NCBI GenBank assembly: GCA_964596525.1
Contig: CAZQUL010000001.1
Coordinates: 268,830 to 332,829, forward strand
From: an uncultured Gammaproteobacteria bacterium
GTDB lineage: Bacteria; Patescibacteriota; Patescibacteriia; Magasanikbacterales; GWA2-37-8
DNA length: 64,000 nt
Direction of reading: 5' to 3'
Shown here: positions 17,640-26,511 of the stretch, one piece after another
Layout: every line of letters begins with the position of its first letter
How positions within the stretch are numbered: position 1 is the first letter of the stretch
Translations under genes and position numbers: made by a program
Notes under the pieces: model-generated
Database searches by the model: none
What the model saw: only the letters and a program-made list of their open reading frames with translations
What the model was told of the DNA's origin: nothing

Positions 17640-17676
17640 GAATATAACGGGATAAATGTTGCGGGAAGCACCAATT

Positions 17677-17702
17677 TAAAAACGGCCGGTAGGGCCGTTT
17701 TG
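17677..17702 (-). terminator. rho-independent terminator
   Basis: acggcc-ggtag-ggccgt hairpin with T-runs on both strands, 3' of the gene ending at 17712. Confidence 0.6.
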
Positions 17703-17711
17703 GCTAAAAAA

Positions 17712-19271
17712 CTACATTCTCCAGGCGACCATAAGGCCACGCCATGCCTTGACCAGCTCTTCGCGGCCATCGTGGCGGGCACGCTGAGAAGCATGGCGCA
17801 GCGCCTGGCGCAAACGTGTTCCAAAAGGATAGTGGCGCCGCAGCACCTTGAGCACCTCCCCCACCTCATCGACAAACTCGAGAGCCCGGGTGAGGTTGGA
17901 ATTATGCTCGGAGATTCCCAAGAGCCCATCAGCCAAGAAGCCTTCCAGATCGACACGCAGGGCTTCAGTGACAATCTCGGGGCCGAGCTCGGTGGCTTTG
18001 GCACTGGCGAACCACCCGATACCAATAGCGATATCGCGCTTCCAACGAGGCGTTTCGGGCTTGTCGGCGTAGGGGCTGCCGGGCATAAGGAGCGGCGCGA
18101 CGCTAAGGTAATACATCACGCGGCGGCGGATGGCGGCGGCGTTCAATTCTGGATCAACGCCGGGCCGCTTGCGCACCTCGTTGAGTATCTCGTGCAGCTC
18201 CGGGTTGGTAAGGAGCGTTTCTGCCGTCGTGATGGGCTCTACCGGGACCTCGGCGATGAGGCGCTCGACGATCCGGTTGCACTGCTCGGGTGTCAGATCG
18301 GCTGCAGAGCGCAGCAGGTCTTTGGTGGAAAGAGCGACAGGAGCAGATTCGGTTCTTTCTGCCGATGCCACCAGGGGGGCAAACACGCCCATATCAAGTG
18401 CACGTGGGTGGTAGATGGTGATAAAATTCCGCGTCGCATGAGGCATTCCCTCGGTCCATTCACCGCGCAACGCATGGAACTGCCTGCCGGCGATAACACC
18501 CTTCACACGCCAGGGGGTTTCATCGAGCGCACAGCACGCGTCCTGCAGATCCGTAAGTGTCACCGTATCACTGAGCACGTAATTATAGGTAAAGACGCCG
18601 TGGTTATGATCTTCTCTTGAAGAGGACGGGTGCGGGTCGTGGTGATGATGCGCGCAGTGCGCGATGCGGCACTGCAATTCCTTCGCTACCGGACGCTCCA
18701 AAAGGAGCTCGGACGGCAATCCGTGGCCCGAGGGGATGAGAAACAAAGGAATGCCCTGGGCATGGTGCGCAACGTATTCCACCATTTCCTCAATCGCAGC
18801 ATCGGTAATCGCGGCGACCGACGAAGGAAACTTGGTGAAGCCGACGCCGAGCGTGGCAGCCCGGAGCTGGCTAGGAACAATCGCGCCGAGCTCGCGGTTG
18901 GCAGCGAAGTGCCGCACATCCACGAGGGTGATGACAAGCGGATCAAGACCAACGCTCCGAAGCACGGACGGCGCTTCGTCACCCGCGATAAAACCATAGG
19001 GCTCGACAATGAGCCATTCGTAGCGACCGGAAGCAGCGATGTGGCGAAAAACCCGCCGCGCAGACTCCTCATCACGGCAACCAAAGCAGCCGCTGTTGAG
19101 GGTGACGATATCGGCACTGCCAACGAGCGCGGTCGCGTCAGTGGTAGCGCGCGTCCCATCGTCGTTGCAGACGACAGCTACGGTTCCTGGCAGGACGTTG
19201 TGGTTCAGAGTTTCACGAATGAAAGTCGTTTTGCCCGCTCCGGGCGGGCCGAGAATGAGCAGCGTGCGCAT
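17712..19271 (-). CDS. COG0523 (CobW/ZigA/YjiA-type) metal-chaperone GTPase, long form with His-rich segment and ~200-aa C-terminal extension
   Basis: P-loop GPPGAGKTT. GCFGC (CxCC metal-binding motif). HCAHHHHDPHPSSSREDHNHG His-rich stretch. CobW_C-like region, then an extra domain of unknown fold. Confidence 0.8.
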   Translation of the reverse strand: MRTLLILGPPGAGKTTFIRETLNHNVLPGTVAVVCNDDGTRATTDATALVGSADIVTLNSGCFGCRDEESARRVFRHIAASGRYEWLIVEPYGFIAGDEAPSVLRSVGLDPLVITLVDVRHFAANRELGAIVPSQLRAATLGVGFTKFPSSVAAITDAAIEEMVEYVAHHAQGIPLFLIPSGHGLPSELLLERPVAKELQCRIAHCAHHHHDPHPSSSREDHNHGVFTYNYVLSDTVTLTDLQDACCALDETPWRVKGVIAGRQFHALRGEWTEGMPHATRNFITIYHPRALDMGVFAPLVASAERTESAPVALSTKDLLRSAADLTPEQCNRIVERLIAEVPVEPITTAETLLTNPELHEILNEVRKRPGVDPELNAAAIRRRVMYYLSVAPLLMPGSPYADKPETPRWKRDIAIGIGWFASAKATELGPEIVTEALRVDLEGFLADGLLGISEHNSNLTRALEFVDEVGEVLKVLRRHYPFGTRLRQALRHASQRARHDGREELVKAWRGLMVAWRM

Positions 19272-19346
19272 GTTCAGCTCCTTGGCACGATAGTAAGAAA
19301 GATCGGCTACCGGTGATTCTTATCACAAGCAGCGGTCTCTTGCCAA

Positions 19347-19952
19347 CTAGCCCGCCATATCCTCCCATTTTGCCACGCGGCCATCGCGGATATAAAACTC
19401 ATGCTTGGACCATTCCTGCAAAAACGTTTCATCATGCTCGAGCGCGCGCACTGCCGGATGATTGATGAGCGTGGACATATCGGCAGCTCCGGGAAACGCA
19501 GCAGAGTCGGTAAGTTGCATGCCGCTCGTACGAGCCAGATACTCGTTTAAAAACGTAAAACGCTTAGTGCATATATAGCCGGGTTTTGAACAGTGGGTAC
19601 GAAAATCAGCGATCGTCGCGATTTCTTGCGGGGTACCGCGGTAAGCTTCACGTTTGTAGTTCATCCAGACGGCAGGCGTGTCGTACTGCATCGCGTCGCC
19701 CAGGAGTTTGAGGCGCGCTGTAAGTGAAGCGAGGCGTCGTATGAGCATATCACGATGGACGGATGGCACAGGTGATGCCAAAACTGCCGCAAGCGTCGTG
19801 TTGGCGGTTTGCGCTTCGAGCGAGGCAGCGGAAAGAAGTGCGGTTTCAACCATGGTTTTCTCACGTTCATACGCTGCGTATACTGCGTAAAGGCGGAGCA
19901 CTTCTTCGGTCAGACGCTCAGTTGAAAGCGGTTGTGAGTGTTTCAAATCCAT
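19347..19952 (-). CDS. hypothetical protein inside the metal operon (201 aa)
   Basis: Tightly packed between the two COG0523 genes (gaps of 1 and 75 nt). No recognisable domain. Confidence 0.55.
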   Translation of the reverse strand: MDLKHSQPLSTERLTEEVLRLYAVYAAYEREKTMVETALLSAASLEAQTANTTLAAVLASPVPSVHRDMLIRRLASLTARLKLLGDAMQYDTPAVWMNYKREAYRGTPQEIATIADFRTHCSKPGYICTKRFTFLNEYLARTSGMQLTDSAAFPGAADMSTLINHPAVRALEHDETFLQEWSKHEFYIRDGRVAKWEDMAG

Positions 19953-19953
19953 A

Positions 19954-20877
19954 TCAGGGAAAAAAGCGCTGAATAAGTTCCGGGGTTACGCTGGGGCCAA
20001 GCGCAACTACAACAGCTTTAACCGACCGTGTGGTGATGTCTATATCATAATGATTGGCGGTCGCCTCGAGGTGCGCCATGGTACCGTCAACAAGCGGCAG
20101 GTATCCTTTCAGGCGGTCGGGACGGGTGGCGGCGTCGCTTAGCATGGCACGGACAGCGTCCTCTAGGGCCGCGCGCGAAGCAGCATGAGACGGATAATGA
20201 ATCGCATAACGCACTGCATGTGCCGCCGCGCGCGGCAACGCCAGGATGGCAGCCAAACGCCGCTCGACCGCGCTTGACGATGCTTCGGCCAATTTTTCCC
20301 AGGGTGCTCGACCGCGTTCTACGGCCCAGACTGACCCTGGTCCGAGCAGATTCTCAACACTATCCTGATACGTAGCCACGCGCTCCGGACCAATCTTATC
20401 GATTTTGTGCACGACAACGATATCGGAACTCAGAATATCGGCTTTTCTTTTTGCAGAAACATCTTCTACCGAAACAACCAGCGGATCGAGAACGAAAACG
20501 CTGTGCTTGAGTTCGAACTGCAGCACAAACGTGGGCGACAGATAGAGCTTGGTAAGGAGTTCGGCTGCAGAAGCGACGCCGGTGGTTTCGATGATAACAG
20601 GTTTAGCCCATTTTTTTTCGGCAATAGCGGCGAGAACTTTTTCTAAATCTTCTTCGGACGAACAGCAGACGCACCCGCCGGTAATGGCAGCGAGCTCACT
20701 GTCATGCGTATCTTCGGCCAACGTAAGCTGGTCGATATTCTCGGGCGCGAATTCATTTTCGATGATAAACGAGCCCCGGAACGGAGCGGTTTTGAGAAGT
20801 TCTTTGAGCACAGTGGTTTTGCCACTACCGAGCGTGCCGTGAAAAAGATACAAAGGAATACGCGACATACAAGACAT
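19954..20877 (-). CDS. COG0523 (CobW-family) metal-chaperone GTPase, short form
   Basis: P-loop GTLGSGKTT. GGCVCCS (CxCC). Dxx(G) region and a CobW_C-like tail. Confidence 0.8.
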   Translation of the reverse strand: MSCMSRIPLYLFHGTLGSGKTTVLKELLKTAPFRGSFIIENEFAPENIDQLTLAEDTHDSELAAITGGCVCCSSEEDLEKVLAAIAEKKWAKPVIIETTGVASAAELLTKLYLSPTFVLQFELKHSVFVLDPLVVSVEDVSAKRKADILSSDIVVVHKIDKIGPERVATYQDSVENLLGPGSVWAVERGRAPWEKLAEASSSAVERRLAAILALPRAAAHAVRYAIHYPSHAASRAALEDAVRAMLSDAATRPDRLKGYLPLVDGTMAHLEATANHYDIDITTRSVKAVVVALGPSVTPELIQRFFP

Positions 20878-20879
20878 GA

Positions 20880-21701
20880 TCAGGGTTTTTTCTTGAACAT
20901 AATGTACGAATTGGCCATCAATTCCGGATCATAGGGCTTAACCGTGAGCTGGATTTTGAGCGGTCCGTAATCTTTTTCCGGTACTGGCTGGTACATGAGC
21001 GTCTTAAGATCATGGGCCGTGCGGGCAAGAACAACCGCTCCCATGGGCGCTGTCCGGGCGATGCGGCGCAGAAGACGGATTTTCTCACGCTCATGTTCGC
21101 CAACAAGCGATGCGGCGACGATGACATCATAGGGCTGATAGTCGAACGTGAACGCATCGGCCTTAATGAAGCGTACTTTGGTACTATAGCCAATCGTTTT
21201 TATAAACGCACGTCCTTGGTGAAAGGCTGCTTCTTCGATCTCGAGCGTGTCGACGCGCACACCGAAATAGTCGGCCATAAGAACTGCAGTGAGGGGTAGC
21301 GGACCAGCGCCCACAAATAAACAGCGTCGGGCCGGACGCCCGCCCAAAAGAATTTTAAGATCATCGAAGCTGATGGAGGCGGTACGGGCAAAAGCTTGAT
21401 AATAGGTGTAACCGCGCAAAGCAGCGCGGCCCGAGGTTCTGGATGCGAGAATTTTTTTTGACCAGTACCATTCGGAGAGCGTTTCAATATGCGCGGAAAT
21501 GGCACGAAAGCGGGGTGCAAGGCGCTCTATGACCGGCCGCTCCAGAAGCGCGCGGACGATTTCCGGCCGGCGTTCCAAGCATACCTTCCGGAAACGAAAA
21601 AACAGGCGATCGGCAACGTGAGGCAGAGCGTCGTGCGCCGCACCAAGCTGCGCGCATAAAGAGATAAGCACACGCTCCAAACGATCGACCGCCTGTTTCA
21701 T
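20880..21701 (-). CDS. nicotianamine-synthase-like (NAS/CntL-like) SAM-dependent aminobutyryl transferase
   Basis: RCLFVGAGPLPLTAVLMA matches the hallmark VGSGPLPLTS motif of plant and archaeal NAS and bacterial CntL. Size (273 aa) fits archaeal/bacterial NAS. Confidence 0.65.
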   Translation of the reverse strand: MKQAVDRLERVLISLCAQLGAAHDALPHVADRLFFRFRKVCLERRPEIVRALLERPVIERLAPRFRAISAHIETLSEWYWSKKILASRTSGRAALRGYTYYQAFARTASISFDDLKILLGGRPARRCLFVGAGPLPLTAVLMADYFGVRVDTLEIEEAAFHQGRAFIKTIGYSTKVRFIKADAFTFDYQPYDVIVAASLVGEHEREKIRLLRRIARTAPMGAVVLARTAHDLKTLMYQPVPEKDYGPLKIQLTVKPYDPELMANSYIMFKKKP

Positions 21702-21705
21702 ATAG

Positions 21706-22311
21706 TTAGTGTTCCGGAATAAACATCCCTACCGCCCAACCGACAAGAATGACGGCGCCTAACGCAATGAATTTCACCGCGGTCGGCACGCGCTTGCCAG
21801 AGTGCTTGATGATGATACCGGCTTCGATATAGGCGGTAGCAAAAAGCGCTGCCGCTGCCGCACCGGCGGCACCGACATGCACTGCTTCGGCGTAGGTCTG
21901 TGCTACCGGACCAATAAGCACGCCACCCGCAACGCCGGCAATAACGCCCAAACCGATCCGCGCCGCAAACCAGGCCCTTCCGGCCCGGCGCACTTCGCGG
22001 ACGATATGCCGCACAAAAACCAATTCGTGAGCAATGATCGCCACAACGAGTACGGGGTTTTTGAGGGCGAGCGCGGCACCCAGGAGGACCGCATCGCTCA
22101 CATGATGCATCTGCCACACGCGGTGATGGAGCGTTGGGCGCGACGGATGCTCGTGATGATCGTCATGGTCATCAGGTACGATCAAAAACGACACGACGAA
22201 AAACGTGACAGCGAAGATGAACGGATGGTGATGGGTTTCTCGCAGCAATACGCCGCCGCCAAGCGCACTTAACGCTGCAGCGCCGAAAGGAAGAAGGTAG
22301 GTGGTAAACAT
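21706..22311 (-). CDS. His-rich polytopic membrane protein, putative divalent-metal transporter (family uncertain)
   Basis: About 6 TM segments. THHHP at TM1. Loop PDDHDDHHEHPSRPTLHHRVWQMHH. It is the first gene of the operon. No canonical ZIP (HNxxDG/HExxHE) or HupE motifs. Confidence 0.5.
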   Translation of the reverse strand: MFTTYLLPFGAAALSALGGGVLLRETHHHPFIFAVTFFVVSFLIVPDDHDDHHEHPSRPTLHHRVWQMHHVSDAVLLGAALALKNPVLVVAIIAHELVFVRHIVREVRRAGRAWFAARIGLGVIAGVAGGVLIGPVAQTYAEAVHVGAAGAAAAALFATAYIEAGIIIKHSGKRVPTAVKFIALGAVILVGWAVGMFIPEH

Positions 22312-22317
22312 GAGAAT

Positions 22318-22347
22318 ATGTTAATGCAACTGTGTTGCGTTTGTCAA
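22318..22347 (-). promoter_or_regulatory. promoter with palindromic operator in the spacer (TTGACA - TGCAAC aca GTTGCA - TAACAT), leaderless start
   Basis: Minus strand reads cTTGACAaacgcaacacagttgcatTAACATattctcATG. The 5-3-5 inverted repeat gcaac-aca-gttgc sits between -35 and -10. No RBS; the start codon is about 6 nt after the -10. Confidence 0.45.
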
Positions 22348-22479
22348 GAGCTGCTTAAAAACCTGAATATTACTGCATTACAAGGAGAAGGGCGGGCCTA
22401 ATCAGTCGTCTAACTTCTAGAGCGGGGTGATGATGTCTGAATACGAAAAGCTCCGTGGATGACGGAGCTTAGGAGAAAT

Positions 22480-22890
22480 CTATGCAGCCCGGTTAAAGAG
22501 CGGTGAGAGAATTTGGTTGAACGCCGGCTCCTCGCGCGCCAGCATAAAATAGAGCTGGGTATCCCTGATGTCGCGGACGATGCGCTCGAAAATACGCTCC
22601 CGCTCAATTTCGAAATCCGGCCGGAACAAATACGTCCAGAGCGCCCAGTTGGCCACAAGGGCAAACAGGAAGCCGGCCGCGAAAGCGAGCGCGAGCGAGC
22701 AGCTCTTGGCAAACATGATGACGAACAGGAACGGCATGGTGACCACCGCGACGATGCCGTATATGCGGGGCCATGCCCACAGAGCGCACACCGTACTTAG
22801 CGAGTGGTAGAGTGAAAAGGCTGCTTCCCGATCTTCCGGAGGCAGCCGCTCAAGGCGGGGCAACGTTTTTTCCGGGTGTAAATAAAGCAT
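22480..22890 (-). CDS. small membrane protein, function unknown
   Basis: GGAGGTG RBS 5 nt upstream of MLYLHPEK. Three hydrophobic segments. Confidence 0.55.
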   Translation of the reverse strand: MLYLHPEKTLPRLERLPPEDREAAFSLYHSLSTVCALWAWPRIYGIVAVVTMPFLFVIMFAKSCSLALAFAAGFLFALVANWALWTYLFRPDFEIERERIFERIVRDIRDTQLYFMLAREEPAFNQILSPLFNRAA

Positions 22891-23022
22891 TAGACACCTC
22901 CGCTCATAGTGTGCTCTTTTCACCAAACCGCGACAACCCCGGAGTGCATAATCGCGCAGTTATCCACCCATCGAACGGTGCTCTCAGGGGGCATGTTATG
23001 ATGTAAGGGACATAGAGAGCAC

Positions 23023-23328
23023 TTGAAAGCGGTTCAGTTTATCCTTAACGATTTTCATATGGCCCTCTTTTCCGCCGAACCACGTTTTTCGCAGAACGAA
23101 AAAATGGTCAGCCGCCAAGAGCTTGCTACGACCATCAACAAACTCACCGAAATCCCGATTAAAAAAAGAGAAGCCGTGCTCGCCGCACTTCTTGAAAAAC
23201 GCGGCGCTGATGCTGACATTTCACTGCAACAGACTCACGAAACGCTTAAGAGCCTGGTCGCGAACCGCATCATTCTTAAAGGAGAACGAGAGAAAATTTT
23301 TACTCTCGTTCAAACGTTATTCGTATAA
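23023..23328 (+). CDS. possible small hypothetical protein
   Basis: ORF with no clear RBS and an uncertain start. Confidence 0.3.
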   Translation: MKAVQFILNDFHMALFSAEPRFSQNEKMVSRQELATTINKLTEIPIKKREAVLAALLEKRGADADISLQQTHETLKSLVANRIILKGEREKIFTLVQTLFV

Positions 23329-23333
23329 ATCGT

Positions 23334-24797
23334 GTGCACCTCCCCTCTTGGCAACGCGTCGCTCGCGTCGCTTCTTGGCAAGTACTCGGAAAACTTCTGA
23401 GCACTGTTTTTGGTTTCGTAGCTACGCTTTTGTTGCTGCGATTTTTGGGTGCCGAACGTACTGGTTGGTACACTATTGCGGCCGGATATCTGCAGTTTTT
23501 CGGTATCGCAAGCGATGCCGGATTCATCCTCGTTACGAACGTCATGTTGAGCGAAGCGCGTTTTGCGGCCGACAAAATCTTTGACACTCTCTTTACCTGG
23601 CGGCTTGTCTCGGCCGTGACTACGCAAGCCGTGGCATGCGCTATTTTTTTCATTCTCGGTTATCGCTCCGAAATTTCGTGGGCAGTTGTCATTTTAAGCA
23701 TTTCATTTTTGGCAGCGCAAATAAACCAAGTACTCTGGGGTTACTACCAGGCGCGGGTAGAGAGTCATATTCCGATTATTGCCGAAACCATCGGCCGGGC
23801 GGCACTTGTTATCGGACTTCTCCTTCTCAGGCCGTTTCCCCAGGCATTCATACCGTTCATGACGGTCATTACGCTCGCCGCTCTCATCAATACCAGCATC
23901 TTGCTTTTCCGCCATGGCACCATAAAATTACGCGTCGACCGCGATGTTTCGCGCGCCATGTGGCACAAGATGTGGCCAACCGCGGTGAGCGTCATGTGCA
24001 ATGCTGTGTACTTACAGGGCGACAAAATCATCTTGCCGCGGTTTGAACCGAGCACGGTCGTCGTGGGGTGGTACGGCGCGGCGTACCGTATCATCGATAT
24101 CGTCACTCAGCTCGGCGCCATGCTTATGGGCACGTTTTTACCGCTTCTTACCCGCACATTCAATGACCGCGCCGCTTTCACTAAGCACCTGCATTTCGCC
24201 ATAACGGGTATGGCGCTCTTGTTGTTTCCGGCACTCGGCGGCCTAGTGATGCTCGCCGAACCGATCGCCCGTTTCGTAGGGCCAGAATTTGCTGGCGCAG
24301 CGCCCCTCATCCGGCTTCTCGCTTTCACTATCGGCGGCATCTGGCTCGGTATGATTTTCGGCCACGTGGCACTTTCGGGCGGGCGACAGAAAGAAGCGAT
24401 GGGTATTTTTGCACTCGTCGGACTTGTTGGTCTAATCGGTTATTTGCTTTTTATCCCGTCATACCATGCGAACGGCGCGGCCGGCGTAAGCATTGCCACC
24501 GAATGGCTCGCCGGGCTTGGGCTTCTTGCCGTGTGCGCTCGGTATATGCCCATCTCTCTCCCCTTTGCCACGCTCAGCAAAATCATTTTTGCTACGTTTA
24601 TAATGTGCTTGGCGCTGGCGTATGCACGGCAACTACCACTCTACGTTTCACTTGCAGGAGGAATCGTGGTGTATGCCGGTGTCACCGTGGCGCTACGCAT
24701 CGTCCCTTGGACAACGCTTAAGACGTTTTTCTCGCCCACCGCTTTCACGCTGACAAAAAGCCCGCTGGCAGGCAGCGGGGAGGAACGGGATGTTTAG
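23334..24797 (+). CDS. MOP-superfamily polysaccharide/oligosaccharide flippase (Wzx/MurJ-like)
   Basis: 487 aa with about 14 TM segments. Typical Wzx-like N-terminal WQVLGKLLSTVFGFVATLLLLRFLG. Confidence 0.65.
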   Translation: MHLPSWQRVARVASWQVLGKLLSTVFGFVATLLLLRFLGAERTGWYTIAAGYLQFFGIASDAGFILVTNVMLSEARFAADKIFDTLFTWRLVSAVTTQAVACAIFFILGYRSEISWAVVILSISFLAAQINQVLWGYYQARVESHIPIIAETIGRAALVIGLLLLRPFPQAFIPFMTVITLAALINTSILLFRHGTIKLRVDRDVSRAMWHKMWPTAVSVMCNAVYLQGDKIILPRFEPSTVVVGWYGAAYRIIDIVTQLGAMLMGTFLPLLTRTFNDRAAFTKHLHFAITGMALLLFPALGGLVMLAEPIARFVGPEFAGAAPLIRLLAFTIGGIWLGMIFGHVALSGGRQKEAMGIFALVGLVGLIGYLLFIPSYHANGAAGVSIATEWLAGLGLLAVCARYMPISLPFATLSKIIFATFIMCLALAYARQLPLYVSLAGGIVVYAGVTVALRIVPWTTLKTFFSPTAFTLTKSPLAGSGEERDV

Positions 24798-24799
24798 GC

Positions 24800-25456
24800 C
24801 TAGCGGCAGATACCAGAGAGATCGGTTGCCTTTATGATATTAACAGCAGCGAAGAACATCATTTTGAGAGCAACCGCAAAGCTCAAAAGACCGGTGATAC
24901 GGTTGATGAGCTTGAAGCCTGCAGTCCCGAGACGCCGTGCAATCGGATCGGCGAAACAGAGGAGGGCGTAGACCGTAACGGAAAGAGCGAAGAGCACTGC
25001 CACCAGATGAACAACGCTCCACCAGGTAGTCTGCTCTACCATGATTTTGCTCATGGTCGCCGGGCCGATGAGGAGCGGCATGGCAAGCGGCACCATAGCA
25101 ATCGAGGTTCTTTGGGCGGCTTCTTTGTCTTCTTCCTCCGTATGCTTAAAGCTCCCAGGATCGCCCGAGCCGAGCTTCCAAGCAAGAGACGCTACGTAAA
25201 CTCCACCGGCCAGGCTCAAAAAATCTAAACTGATCTTAAAGAGATGCAGGAGCGGCTGGCCGACGATCATCGTGGAAACGCCGATGATAAAAAACCACAG
25301 AGCGGTTTTTTTGACGATTACCTTCCTTTCTTCCACGGAACGTTCTTGCGTTATCCCTAGATAAATGGGTATGACGCCAAAGGGCCCCACGAGGGTGAAA
25401 AGTTCGCTATAGAGTTTAACCACGTGGCTAACGTGCGGTACTACCGGTTCGAACAT
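24800..25456 (-). CDS. MarC-family (UPF0056) integral membrane protein
   Basis: AGGGGAG RBS. MFEPVV start. Six TM segments. LFTLVGPFGVIPIYLGIT and PLAMPLLIGPATMS are MarC-type motifs. Confidence 0.65.
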   Translation of the reverse strand: MFEPVVPHVSHVVKLYSELFTLVGPFGVIPIYLGITQERSVEERKVIVKKTALWFFIIGVSTMIVGQPLLHLFKISLDFLSLAGGVYVASLAWKLGSGDPGSFKHTEEEDKEAAQRTSIAMVPLAMPLLIGPATMSKIMVEQTTWWSVVHLVAVLFALSVTVYALLCFADPIARRLGTAGFKLINRITGLLSFAVALKMMFFAAVNIIKATDLSGICR

Positions 25457-25521
25457 TGTACTCCCCTGTGGATCGTTACGCTTGTGGGGTAACACGAGCG
25501 CACATAAAAGTAAAGTATGAA

Positions 25522-25548
25522 TTAAAAAATCCGCGGCGAGCGCGGATT
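25522..25548 (-). terminator. rho-independent terminator
   Basis: aatccgcg-gcgag-cgcggatt hairpin; a T-run follows on the minus strand. Overlaps the stop of the 25549 gene. Confidence 0.6.
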
Positions 25549-26286
25549 CTAACGAGCTTGAGAAGAAGGAATGCAGACTCGGCCAATACCGTTGGCCTCA
25601 TCGGGAAACGGGGTCGCCGTCAAAACCGATCCCGGATTGCGACACGCCAGAAAACGCTCCAGAGTGACATCCGAACCTCCAACTTCAGGATCCATGGTCT
25701 CGCAGGCCACCCGGTGTACCTTCCGACCGAGCTTTGCTTCATATCGGCTGCGCCGATCAGTCGGAGACGGGATTGGCGGAAGATCGGTCACTATCTCCTC
25801 CTCTGCGCAGACAACGGCGTACGGCTGATTATCTGCCAGCAAGCGCAGGTTGGAAGGAAACTGCCCGCGCACATTCGCCGTCCGCTGCGCCGAGCGTACC
25901 TTCTGCGGCTCGCGCTCCAGGCACATGAGCGCCGTCTTTCTATGATCGTTCGAGGTAGAGAGCTGAAAAATAGTCCCCCGCCGACAAACGATTTCCGTCG
26001 TGCTCACGACAACCTTGGAGGGCACAGCCGCGGGCATAGCTTCTGCGACCACCATGCCGGCAGAGGGAGCAACTCCCAAACACGTAATCGTCAGGCGGGA
26101 AAAACCAAGCCGCCGCAGGTCAAAGTCGCCGTCAAAGTCGACTTCTTCACCCGGGCGGCAAACGTGCGTCGAAATATCCTTCGATGGGGCGAGGAAGTAG
26201 CGGGTAATCTGTTCATCCGCCCGCACACCGTCTGTCATTGAAACGAAGAACACAGCTGCCAAAGCAGCGATCCGTGCCAGGTTCAT
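25549..26286 (-). CDS. secreted hypothetical protein
   Basis: AAGGAGG RBS. Signal peptide MNLARIAALAAVFFVSMTDGVRA. Cys-rich. Confidence 0.6.
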   Translation of the reverse strand: MNLARIAALAAVFFVSMTDGVRADEQITRYFLAPSKDISTHVCRPGEEVDFDGDFDLRRLGFSRLTITCLGVAPSAGMVVAEAMPAAVPSKVVVSTTEIVCRRGTIFQLSTSNDHRKTALMCLEREPQKVRSAQRTANVRGQFPSNLRLLADNQPYAVVCAEEEIVTDLPPIPSPTDRRSRYEAKLGRKVHRVACETMDPEVGGSDVTLERFLACRNPGSVLTATPFPDEANGIGRVCIPSSQAR

Positions 26287-26511
26287 GGGGGCCTCCTTAC
26301 CTATGCACATGACAAAGTGATGTACTTTAGGTTATTTAGGACCCTAATCTATTTTTAAAACCTTGTCAATAATTTATTGTGATAGGTTGATTATTTTTCC
26401 TCTCGGAAAAGATTTTGCATACCGAAGGGGTGCTATTTTTTTATTGACAGGCGGTGAAAAACATGAAACCATGAGGTAGTTCCCTACGGGAAACTTATTT
26501 TTATAGTTCGT

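Noticed and set aside
21706-22311. Calling the His-rich membrane protein a ZIP (ZupT) or HupE/UreJ transporter
   Set aside because: The TM4/TM5 signatures of ZIP (HNxxDG / HExxHE) and the HPxxGxDH motif of HupE/UreJ are not present. It is kept as a family-uncertain metal transporter.
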